A stretch of 64,000 nt of DNA. Source: an uncultured bacterium. Lineage in GTDB: Bacteria; Zixibacteria; MSB-5A5; GN15; FEB-12. This document shows positions 10,469 through 20,000 of the stretch, one piece after another. The notes beneath the pieces are model-generated. The model made no database searches, was not told the origin of the DNA, and was given only the letters and a program-made list of their open reading frames with translations. Position 1 is the stretch's first letter; each line of letters opens with the position of its first letter. The stretch covers positions 1-64,000 of the forward strand of contig CBDVDR010000001.1 of NCBI GenBank assembly GCA_965372795.1, written 5' to 3'. The translations under genes were made by a program, and so were the position numbers.

Positions 10469-11186
10469 CAGTTCCACAAGCAGAATTTCTTATTTAAAAA
10501 GTATGTATGCTTTTTTCAAATACAATGCCTCAAATATTTTTGCAGGTAAATTTGTTTATTTTCTATCTTTTTCAATTTTACTCTTTTTAACCATTGTTAT
10601 CATTTACTCTGTTGATGAAAATGCGCCACCCTCACCTGAGAATATTTATTATTTTCTATTATTCCCGGCGGTTCTTCTGGTCTTTTATCCCTCAACTTAT
10701 AATATCCAGAGTGATGTCGATTCTCGAATGATTGAGACTCTGTTTGGCATACCAGACTATCGTTATAAGGTGTGGCTGGCAAGGAATATCACCCAGCAAT
10801 TTATAATTGTGTTTATAATGTTTGGGCTTTCGTTGTTTTGCTATTTTGCCATGGCTGATTTTTCGGTCTGGGAGATGACGATTCAAATTATGTTTCCACT
10901 TTTATTTTTGAGCAGCCTGGCTTTTATGTTATCGACTATAACCAGAAGCGGAAATGCTACGGCTGTGATAATGGTAATTTTGAATCTGTTTTTTATGATT
11001 GCCGATGAAATTCTGGAGGGTACCCGGTGGAATTTGTACCTAAATCCTTTTAGTGAAGTGGAAGCATTTGAAGTCTTTCTTCAGATAGAGACCATGATGT
11101 ATAATCGGATTTATATTGTTGTGGCATCTATTCTGTTTATGATGATAGCCATGTTACGTCTTCAAAAACGAGAAAAATTCATTTAA
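10461..11186 (+). CDS. Integral membrane protein, ABC-2-type permease-like (about 6 TM)
   Basis: 241 aa, about 6 hydrophobic segments with a cytoplasmic coupling-loop-like segment (DVDSRMIETLFGIP); overlaps the RND-ABC fusion gene by 8 bp. Confidence 0.65.
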   Translation: MHNSSTSRISYLKSMYAFFKYNASNIFAGKFVYFLSFSILLFLTIVIIYSVDENAPPSPENIYYFLLFPAVLLVFYPSTYNIQSDVDSRMIETLFGIPDYRYKVWLARNITQQFIIVFIMFGLSLFCYFAMADFSVWEMTIQIMFPLLFLSSLAFMLSTITRSGNATAVIMVILNLFFMIADEILEGTRWNLYLNPFSEVEAFEVFLQIETMMYNRIYIVVASILFMMIAMLRLQKREKFI

Positions 11187-11346
11187 TCATATTTCCCTTT
11201 TCATATTGTTTGTTTCTTATTCATCAGTTAAAACGACTCAAAACCGTTATGACTTTTCGATTTATATTCAAACGCTCTCAATTTCATAAAAAGCTGATTG
11301 AGCCAATAACCAATTGTAAGTTTTTTATGACTGAAACGGTTACTAA

Positions 11347-11375
11347 TTGACTGAAAGATTAAACAGCTATATATT
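11347..11375 (+). promoter_or_regulatory. sigma70-type promoter
   Basis: TTGACT-17 bp-TATATT, 22 bp upstream of the DUF362 start codon. Confidence 0.6.
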
Positions 11376-11397
11376 GATCTAAATTAAATGAGGTTGA

Positions 11398-12351
11398 ATG
11401 AAACGACGAGATTTTATAAAGCAAACAGGTAAAGCCGTTGCTCTTGCCGCAGTAACCGGTGGCACCGGATATTTATTTCATAATCGAGAGTCGACCACCT
11501 ATACCCCGGTTCTGACAAAGTTAAATGATTTTAAAGTTCCCAATAATCCGGCCCTGCCACAGATAACCCTTGCAAAACATATTGATCCTGTTAACGCCCT
11601 TAATTTTTCACTTGATGCTATCGGTGGTATCAAAAGATTTATAAAGCCAAATGAGACGGTTACTATAAAACCAAATATCGGCTGGGATCGCACTCCCGAG
11701 CAGGCTGCCAACACCAATCCGATTCTGGTGGCAGAAATGGTCAGGTTGTGTTATGAAGCCGGTGCTGCTGAAGTTATAGTTACTGATGTAACCTGTAATG
11801 ATCCTCGTCGTTGTTTTTTACGATCAGGGATCAAAGAACAGGCTGAGAAAATGGGCGCTAAATTAATTCTTCCGGTTGAAGAAGATTATGTAAAGGTTAA
11901 TCTCAGAGGGAAAATACTTACTGAATGGCCGGTATTAAAATATTTTGTAAATACTGACCGCTTGATAAATATGCCGATTATCAAACATCATTCTCTTTCA
12001 AGCTGCACTCTGGGAATGAAAAATCTATATGGGATTCTTGGTGGACGACGCAATCAATTACATCAACAAATTGACCAATCAATAGTTGATCTGGCTGCTT
12101 TCACTCAACCTACACTGACAGTAATTGACGGCACCCGAGTGTTGTTGCGGGGCGGTCCTCAGGGAGGTTCTTTAGATGATGTTGCAGAAGAAAATACGGT
12201 AATTTGCGCAACCGACCAGGTTGCCGGGGATGCGCGCGCTGCGGAATTTCTTGGTTTAAAAGCTGATCAGGTCAGCCATATAGTTCTTGCCGATAAAAGC
12301 AAACTTGGGAATCTTGACTACAAAATTTCAGGATATAAAGAAATCATCTGA
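11398..12351 (+). CDS. DUF362 domain protein with Tat signal peptide
   Basis: MKRRDFIK twin-arginine signal; motifs IKPNIGWDR, ANTNP, INMPIIKHH, TLGMKNLYG. Confidence 0.8.
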   Translation: MKRRDFIKQTGKAVALAAVTGGTGYLFHNRESTTYTPVLTKLNDFKVPNNPALPQITLAKHIDPVNALNFSLDAIGGIKRFIKPNETVTIKPNIGWDRTPEQAANTNPILVAEMVRLCYEAGAAEVIVTDVTCNDPRRCFLRSGIKEQAEKMGAKLILPVEEDYVKVNLRGKILTEWPVLKYFVNTDRLINMPIIKHHSLSSCTLGMKNLYGILGGRRNQLHQQIDQSIVDLAAFTQPTLTVIDGTRVLLRGGPQGGSLDDVAEENTVICATDQVAGDARAAEFLGLKADQVSHIVLADKSKLGNLDYKISGYKEII

Positions 12352-14009
12352 TGACAATCAAAACGGTCAGAAATCTTCGGCGTATATCACAGATTTTATT
12401 TTTTGGGATCTTTTTCTGGTTAATTTTAAAAACAAATTTTGAAGTAAATTTTAGTCCGGATGACAGCTCTGATATTTTACTGCCCTATCCGGTTTCAATA
12501 TTTCTTAAGTTTGATCCTTTGGCAGCCATTGCTATTCTTTTAGCTTCCGGAACGGTCTACAAAGGATTGCTCTGGTCGCTGGTTATTTTAGTACCAACGA
12601 TTTTTATGGGAAGATTTTTTTGTGGCTGGGTTTGTCCAATGGGGACAATGAATCATTTTATATCTGAAATCGGTTCTGAGAGAAACTCACGTAAAGGGAT
12701 TCAAAAAATTGAATCAAACAGGTATAAAAAATACCAAAGGATAAAATATTATATTCTGTTTATTTTTCTTGGCGCATCTTTCGCCGGCACCCTTCAAATC
12801 GGACTTTTGGATCCGCTACCATTGCTGGCAAGATCGATTGGAACATTTATTTTACCCTTAACCCATACGGCAGCCATTGAGACCCTGTCCTGGTTTAAAG
12901 ATTTCGGAATTCCCCCAATAATCATTCCCGCTCAAATAGTTTTTGATATCATCGCATTTTTGATTTTACCGTTTAAACAAGCCCATTTTAATACCATCTT
13001 CAGTATCGGGTTTATATTTATATTAATTATGTTCCTTAACCGAGTATTTACCCGATTCTGGTGCCGCGGAATTTGTCCTCTGGGTGCGTTACTGGGAGTT
13101 TTTTCAAGATACTCGATTTTCGGATTACAAAAGGATGCCGGTTCATGTGATCATTGCAATCAATGTCTTATCTCCTGCCAGGGCGCCGATAACCCCGAGA
13201 TTGGATCTACCTGGAGACAAACCGAATGTCACCTTTGTTTGAATTGTCAGGCGTCATGTCCACAGGGATCATTGTCGTTTAGATTTTTTCCCAAACAAGA
13301 AAATACTCCGCAAAACCCGGGTTTGATTCCGACGGTTGATATTACCAAACGCAAATTTACCGCCTCGCTTGCAGGCGGATTGGCAATGTATCCTCTTTTA
13401 AGATCGGGGATTGATTTTGAATCTAAAGCTAATCCATTGTTGATCCGTCCTCCCGGTTCGGTTGACGAAGAGACCTTTCTTGAAAGATGTATAAGATGCG
13501 GACAATGCATGCGGGTCTGCCCTAATAACGCCTTGCATCCAACTCTTCTTGAATCCGGAGTTGAAGGAATTTGGACTCCAATACTGATTCCCAAAGTTGG
13601 CTACTGCGAGCCTACTTGTACTCTTTGTACACAGATTTGCCCTACCGGGGCAATTTTGGAACTGACCCAGAAAGAAAAGATTGGCGACAAAAACAGTCCG
13701 GCTAATGTAATAGGTACAGCATTTATAGATCAGGGCCGGTGTCTCCCCTGGTCAATGGCAATCCCTTGTATTGTCTGTGAAGAATGGTGCCCAACTTCTC
13801 CAAAAGCTATTTACCTGAAAGATGAAATTGTAATCAATCGTCAGGGACAAGAGATAGCCGTTAAACGCCCCTTTATTGATCCAGCCGAGTGTACCGGCTG
13901 CGGAGCTTGCGAATTTGCCTGTCCGGTAAATGATAAACCAGCGGTTTATATAACTTCAGTTGGGGAATCAAGATCCGAAAACAATCAAATTCTGCTTAAA
14001 AGCAAATAG
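12351..14009 (+). CDS. Membrane polyferredoxin (NapH/MauN-like membrane domain plus NapF/MauM-like 4Fe-4S domain)
   Basis: GRFFCGWVCPMG and RFWCRGICPLG motifs; several CxxCxxCxxxCP clusters; IRPPG motif; TGATG overlap with the upstream stop codon. Confidence 0.88.
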   Translation: MTIKTVRNLRRISQILFFGIFFWLILKTNFEVNFSPDDSSDILLPYPVSIFLKFDPLAAIAILLASGTVYKGLLWSLVILVPTIFMGRFFCGWVCPMGTMNHFISEIGSERNSRKGIQKIESNRYKKYQRIKYYILFIFLGASFAGTLQIGLLDPLPLLARSIGTFILPLTHTAAIETLSWFKDFGIPPIIIPAQIVFDIIAFLILPFKQAHFNTIFSIGFIFILIMFLNRVFTRFWCRGICPLGALLGVFSRYSIFGLQKDAGSCDHCNQCLISCQGADNPEIGSTWRQTECHLCLNCQASCPQGSLSFRFFPKQENTPQNPGLIPTVDITKRKFTASLAGGLAMYPLLRSGIDFESKANPLLIRPPGSVDEETFLERCIRCGQCMRVCPNNALHPTLLESGVEGIWTPILIPKVGYCEPTCTLCTQICPTGAILELTQKEKIGDKNSPANVIGTAFIDQGRCLPWSMAIPCIVCEEWCPTSPKAIYLKDEIVINRQGQEIAVKRPFIDPAECTGCGACEFACPVNDKPAVYITSVGESRSENNQILLKSK

Positions 14010-14071
14010 GGCAAGCCCTCCCCGATACATATCCTGTTGTTCTGCAACAACTTTCCGATTTGTGGCAATGT

Positions 14072-14098
14072 TAAGATTATTTTAGATTTTACCGATAT
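14072..14098 (+). promoter_or_regulatory. Possible sigma28 (FliA)-type promoter
   Basis: TAAG-15 bp-ACCGATAT versus consensus TAAA-N15-GCCGATAA, 34 bp upstream of ATG 14133. Confidence 0.4.
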
Positions 14099-14132
14099 AG
14101 AATTTATATATTGTTATCCACAAAAGGATGTA

Positions 14133-16961
14133 ATGCAAGAAGATAAAAAAAATATCGAATCGTACAACCATGAGATTAATCCTCTTTTGGAGGCTGTTTT
14201 AGAATCTACCGAAGATGGTATTCTTGTAGTAGATGAAAAAGGCAAGGTAGTCCATGTCAATTCAAAGTTCTCAGAACACTGGAGTATTCCTCAAGAATTG
14301 ATTGATACCCGTGATGACGAAAAGTTATTAAATTTCGTTCTTGATAAACTTGCTGATCCTGAATCATTTATAAAAAAAGTACAACAACTTTACCAATCCT
14401 TTGAAGAAGATTTTGATACAATAAAATTTAAAGATGGCCGGTTATTTGAAAGAAGATCACTCCCCCTTGTTTATCAAAACAAAATTTCAGGCAGAGTCTG
14501 GTGTTTTAAAGATGTAACCCATCAAATAGCAATTGAGAAGGACTTATATGAGAGTGAGCAAAAATACAGCAATCTATTCAAGTATTCAGGCGATGCTATA
14601 ATAATACATGATTTGGAAGGCAATATCGTTGATATTAATCAACAAGCGATTAATCTCTTTGGTTACAGACGCGCCGAATTTTTAAAAATCCAAGTCAATG
14701 ATCTTCATCCAAAAGATGCGTTAGAAAATTATAATTCAATTTTTAAAAATATTCAAGAGACCGGGTTTATTTTTGCTGAGCTGAATTTTGTAAAAAACAA
14801 TGGCACTTCCTTTCCGGCAGAAGTTGTTTCGACTTTTATCGAAATAGGTGAACATAAACTAATTCAAGGGATTGTTAGAGATATTACCGAGCGGAAGCGA
14901 GTGGAACGCATAAAATCCGTTTTATTTAAAATATCTGAATATGCGACTACCTCGGTCAACCTAACAGCCTTCTTAAAAGAAATCCATCATTCTCTTAGCG
15001 AGATTATTGATACAACCAATTTTTATGTAGCTCTATATGATGAGAAGAAAGGAACCTACTCATTTCCTTATTGTGTTGATGAAGCAGATGACCCTCTTCT
15101 TATTGATGAACCCCTTAAAAATAGTTTAACTGATTATGTAAGACGTACCGGAAAACCTCTTTTAATTGATGAAGCAATTCACCGGAAGCTTGAAAGAAAA
15201 GGTGAAGTCAAGCTATGCGGCGAACCATCAAAATTATGGCTGGGCGTACCTTTAAAATCATCTAAAAAGACATTAGGGGTTGTTGTCGTCCAAAGTTACC
15301 ACGATGATCAGCTATATAGTAAAGCCGATCTTGAAATTCTTGTCTTTGTTGCAGAACAAATAGCGATGGCAATCGAGAAAAAACAGGCTGAGAATTTATT
15401 GAAAATCGAAAAAGCATACCTTGAACAACTTTTCGAAAGCTCACCAGAAGCAATTGTTGTTATAAGCAATAAAGGTCTCATTTTAAAAATCAACAGTGAG
15501 TTCACTAATTTATTCGGGTATTCCTCAGATGAAGTAATGAATGCTATGATCGATGATATTTTAATCCCTCATGACAGGATGGATGAAAATATAGAGATTA
15601 AACGTAAAGTTGAACAAGGCGAAAAAATATTTATCGAGAGTCAGCGATTACACAAGGATGGAAAACTCCTGGATATATCGCTTTTAGCAACGCCTATTAA
15701 AGTTAGCGGCGGACAAATTGCAATTTATGCTATTTACCGGGATATTTCAGAACAAAAAGAGATTGAACAAAAACAGATCAAATTAAGAGAACGTCTTTCC
15801 CGGGTTGAGAAGATGGAATCTATTGGTGTCCTCGCCGGCGGTGTGGCTCATGATTTAAATAATATGCTTGGTCCCCTTGTTGGTTACCCTGAACTGATTT
15901 TACGTAAAATGACTGAGGATACTCCATTAAGAAAACAGATTCAAAAAATGGGTAAAGCGGCAAAAGATGCCGTCGATATTATTCAGGATCTTTTAACCCT
16001 CGCCCGACGCGGCCGATATGAAATGGTTCCAACCAATCTAAACGAAGTGATTCAATCGTATCTTGATTCTCATAGTTTCCAAAGTAAAAAGGAACATTGT
16101 CCAGAAGTCTCTGTTGCCATTGAACTTGATGATAATATAAATAATATTACAGGATCGTCTCCGCATTTGATTAAAGTTATAATGAACTTGATTATAAATG
16201 CCTTTGATGCCATGCCAGATGGTGGCGCCCTTTCTATTATGTCGTCACAAAAAGAGATTAGTAATAATCAGTCTATTATACCAAAATTTGAATCCGGACA
16301 ATATGTGACTTTATCAGTAAAAGATACCGGTCAAGGGATTGCTGAAGAAGATATCCCAAGAATTTTTGAACCATATTATTCAAAGAAAAAAATGGGTTCC
16401 AGCGGAAGCGGACTTGGGTTGTCAGTTGTTTATGGAATCGTTAAAGATCATAAAGGGTATTATGAGGTAAAATCGACAGTTGGTAAAGGCACCGAATTTA
16501 TTCTTTATTTCCCGGTTTCAAAAGAATTGATTAAGAAAAATGTTCCTACAACGCAAGATATATCGGGCAGTGAAAGAATTTTGGTCGTAGATGATGTTGC
16601 AGAGCAACGTGAGATGGGGATCGAAATCTTAAGCAGCTTGGGCTACAATGTTGACACAATCAACAATGGTAATGAAGCAATAAAAATCCTAAAAAGTAAT
16701 GACTATGACCTGGTAATACTTGATATGATTATGGAAGATAATTTTGATGGATTGGATACTTACAAAAGTATTATCGCAAATCATCCAAAACAAAAAGCTA
16801 TAATTATCAGCGGATTTTCACCAACAGACCGTGTGATTCAGGCACAAAAACTTGGAGCCGGTGAATTTGTAAAAAAACCATTTACTATTGATTCATTAGG
16901 ATTGGCTGTAAGACAAGAACTTGACAGTACAATAAATACCAGAAAAGTGATCCGTAAATAA
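14133..16961 (+). CDS. Cytoplasmic hybrid sensor histidine kinase (PAS-PAS-GAF-PAS-HisKA-HATPase-REC)
   Basis: H-box VAHDLNN, N-box NLIINAFDAM, G-boxes DTGQGI and GSGLGLS, receiver LVVDD...LDMIM...KPF. Start moved from 14037 (TTG) to ATG 14133, which follows AAAGGA. Confidence 0.92.
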   Translation: MQEDKKNIESYNHEINPLLEAVLESTEDGILVVDEKGKVVHVNSKFSEHWSIPQELIDTRDDEKLLNFVLDKLADPESFIKKVQQLYQSFEEDFDTIKFKDGRLFERRSLPLVYQNKISGRVWCFKDVTHQIAIEKDLYESEQKYSNLFKYSGDAIIIHDLEGNIVDINQQAINLFGYRRAEFLKIQVNDLHPKDALENYNSIFKNIQETGFIFAELNFVKNNGTSFPAEVVSTFIEIGEHKLIQGIVRDITERKRVERIKSVLFKISEYATTSVNLTAFLKEIHHSLSEIIDTTNFYVALYDEKKGTYSFPYCVDEADDPLLIDEPLKNSLTDYVRRTGKPLLIDEAIHRKLERKGEVKLCGEPSKLWLGVPLKSSKKTLGVVVVQSYHDDQLYSKADLEILVFVAEQIAMAIEKKQAENLLKIEKAYLEQLFESSPEAIVVISNKGLILKINSEFTNLFGYSSDEVMNAMIDDILIPHDRMDENIEIKRKVEQGEKIFIESQRLHKDGKLLDISLLATPIKVSGGQIAIYAIYRDISEQKEIEQKQIKLRERLSRVEKMESIGVLAGGVAHDLNNMLGPLVGYPELILRKMTEDTPLRKQIQKMGKAAKDAVDIIQDLLTLARRGRYEMVPTNLNEVIQSYLDSHSFQSKKEHCPEVSVAIELDDNINNITGSSPHLIKVIMNLIINAFDAMPDGGALSIMSSQKEISNNQSIIPKFESGQYVTLSVKDTGQGIAEEDIPRIFEPYYSKKKMGSSGSGLGLSVVYGIVKDHKGYYEVKSTVGKGTEFILYFPVSKELIKKNVPTTQDISGSERILVVDDVAEQREMGIEILSSLGYNVDTINNGNEAIKILKSNDYDLVILDMIMEDNFDGLDTYKSIIANHPKQKAIIISGFSPTDRVIQAQKLGAGEFVKKPFTIDSLGLAVRQELDSTINTRKVIRK

Positions 16962-16985
16962 TAACTAATATTATTCGATAAAATT

Positions 16986-17029
16986 CCCAAAAAAAAGCCA
17001 GCACATTCATGCTGGCTTTTTTTGTTGGG
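16986..17029. terminator. Bidirectional intrinsic terminator between convergent genes
   Basis: A-tract, GCCAGCA-cattca-TGCTGGC stem-loop, T-tract. Confidence 0.85.
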
Positions 17030-17037
17030 TGAACAAC

Positions 17038-20000
17038 TTATTTCATCAGAGTCATTTTCTTTGTTTTAACAAAGTCGCCGACTTCAATTCGGTATAAATA
17101 AACACCCGATGAAACAATTTTTCCATAATCATCATTACCATCCCAATGAATCTCGTAAGAGCCTTCGGAATAATTTTCATTCACCAGATTACGAATATTT
17201 TGCCCGAGAACATTAAATATTGTAATACTGACATAACCTGATTTTGGAATTGTAAATCCAATTTGAGTACTGGGGTTGAATGGATTAGGATAATTCTGCT
17301 TAAGATTGTAATTCGCCGGCATTAGTTTAAGTGAGGTTGTTAATTCACTCAATTCGATCCGGCTGCCATTAGTTTCCCAGATTATTCTCTTTTCAATTTC
17401 CATTCCATTAACATTTATAATAACATTCTCACCGGCTTGGGGGTATCCTTCCGATTTTAAATCATCAGGATCATAACCATAGGCTGAAGTAAATTTCAAC
17501 AGGTTGTTATTATAAGTGCCCTTTCCACAAAGCACTCCGCTTTCGGAATATAATTTAATTTCTGAATTATTATCCAACTGAGTTCCATCTACCGTAATAT
17601 TGGCTCCATAAACAGAAACCCATTCACGGGTAGAGTGAATAATGTCATTATTGGCGGCAATGTTGGAAGTGACAGTTTTAGCCGCCTTATCAAATCCTTC
17701 GTAGATCAAAACATCATTGCCTGATGATTTGATCCAGTATCCAAGCAATGGTTTCATCTCGGTCAGATCAGCAAAGCGAGAGAAAAATTCTCCCGGCTTC
17801 CAGGTTAAACCGCCATTATCAAAACCAAGAACCATCTGCACATTACCAATAATTGATAGTAAAGCATTCTCAACCAACATCGGTTCTTCGGGCCAATAAC
17901 TGACCAGATTCCAACCCGGATAAATAGCAATATTATCATTCTGATCTATTGGGAATCCGCACAATTCAACCGTAACATCACAATTCATCCTGAACCAATA
18001 GCCAAAATGATAGTCAACTGATTTCAGGGTTGAGAACTGAATTAAACTCGGATCAAAGGTTACTCCGCCTTGATTATAACCAAGGATGACATCGATACAA
18101 TCCAAATTATCATTCATCATATTGACAATCTGATCAACATATTCAACATTCCAGGAAATTAAATTCCATCCGGTTGCCAGCTCGATAGTGCGACAGCGAA
18201 CAGTTGTAAAATTACATAATTCGAAAACATCACCTTTTTGAGTCCAGGTAACAATCGGATCAGTAATAACTTCCAGTCCGTTAATTTTAAAAGTAATTTC
18301 ATCACCCGGCTCAGCTCCTTCATCAATGGAAGGGTCAATGTCATCGGCATAAATTGACATAAAGCCGTAGATTCCATCGCCTGCAACTGTATCAATTCCG
18401 CAAAATACTCCATCAGGATCAAAGGCTGTGATTATATCACCCGGATTAAGAGGGATTCCATCAAGAGTCGGATTGCCACAAAAAACAGCAATCCATTCGG
18501 TAGTCGGATGGAGACACATCGAACAGGTCACACAAACAGCGTTTTCAACCGACATTACTCTCTCACCACACTCATCAAGGACTGATAATGTTACCGAATA
18601 GCACCCCTCTTCTTCATAAACATGACAGGGTTCAAATTCAGTACTGGTAGTACCATCACCAAAGTCCCATAGGTATTCGACATTGCCAGTGGAATTTGAA
18701 CAGTTTGTAAAACAAACTTCCAATGGTTTTTCACCATTGTTAACATCTGAGTTAAAACAGGCGGTTGGAGCTTCATGGAGATATACATCTACGACTACTT
18801 CACAGGTTGATGTTCCACAATCGTTGGAACAAGTAAGAGTGAAAGTATAAGGTCCTGATTGAGCCGGAGTGAAACATAAAATATTATCTATTAAGGTGGC
18901 ACTTTCTGAAATAGTCGGATTACATCCAATATCACCAAGGTCAACACAAACTTCCTCACCAACACATGCTCCTGCACTCAATTCTCCTTGAGGACAAGCT
19001 ATCACAGGAGGACTATCAATTGTTACATTTACAATAACATCACAGGATATTGTACCACACTCATTAGTACAGGTTAGAGTAAATAGGTTTTGCCCTGCAA
19101 CAGGTGTGAAACATAAGGTTGTACCATCAAGAGTTGCATTACCGGAGACAGTAGGATTACAGCCGACATCACCGATATCAACACAAGCTTGTTCACCGGC
19201 ACAGACAGTTATATCAAATGGAGTTTGAGGACAGGTTATAAACGGAGGTCCACCTATTTCAACAATTACAGTAACCTCACAGGATGATTCTCCGCATGAA
19301 TTTGAGCAGGTTAGTGTAAATGTATATGGTCCCGAAACATCGGCATTAAAGCAAAGATCAGAACCATTCAAAGTCGCTCCACCAATAATAGTTGGTATAC
19401 AATTCATTTCACCAAGCGGTACACAAACTTCACCGGCTTCACAAATAGAGATATTGACTGGTTCACTCGGACATGTTATAACAGGTGCGCCACCAAAAGT
19501 GACATTGACAATAACATCACAGATACTTTCTCCACATTCATTAGTACAGGTCAGAATGAAAATATTTTGACCTTCAACCGGGTCAAAACATAATGTTGTT
19601 CCGTTTAAAACTGCATTACCAATTACTGATGGATTACAGCCGACATCACCGATATCAACACAGACTTGTTCTCCGGCACAGACTGAAACATCTATAGGTT
19701 CAGGACATGTAATCACAGGTGGATCAGTTATTGTAACATTTACGATAACATCACAGATACTTTCTCCACATTCGTTAGTACAGGTCAGAATGAAAATATT
19801 TTGACCTTCAACAGGATCGAAACATAAAATTGTGCCATTTAAAGTGGCATTACCCGATACGGTTGGATAACAGCCGATATCACCAATATCAAGGCAAACT
19901 TGTTCACCGGCACAGATTGTAACATCAAATTCTGGAGGACAACTGATTACCGGAGGATCAGTTATTGTAACATTTACAACAACATTACAACTGCTGGTTC

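Noticed and set aside
14037..14132. TTG start and 32-aa extension of the histidine kinase
   Set aside because: No RBS; ATG 14133 has AAAGGA and the extension spans the probable promoter
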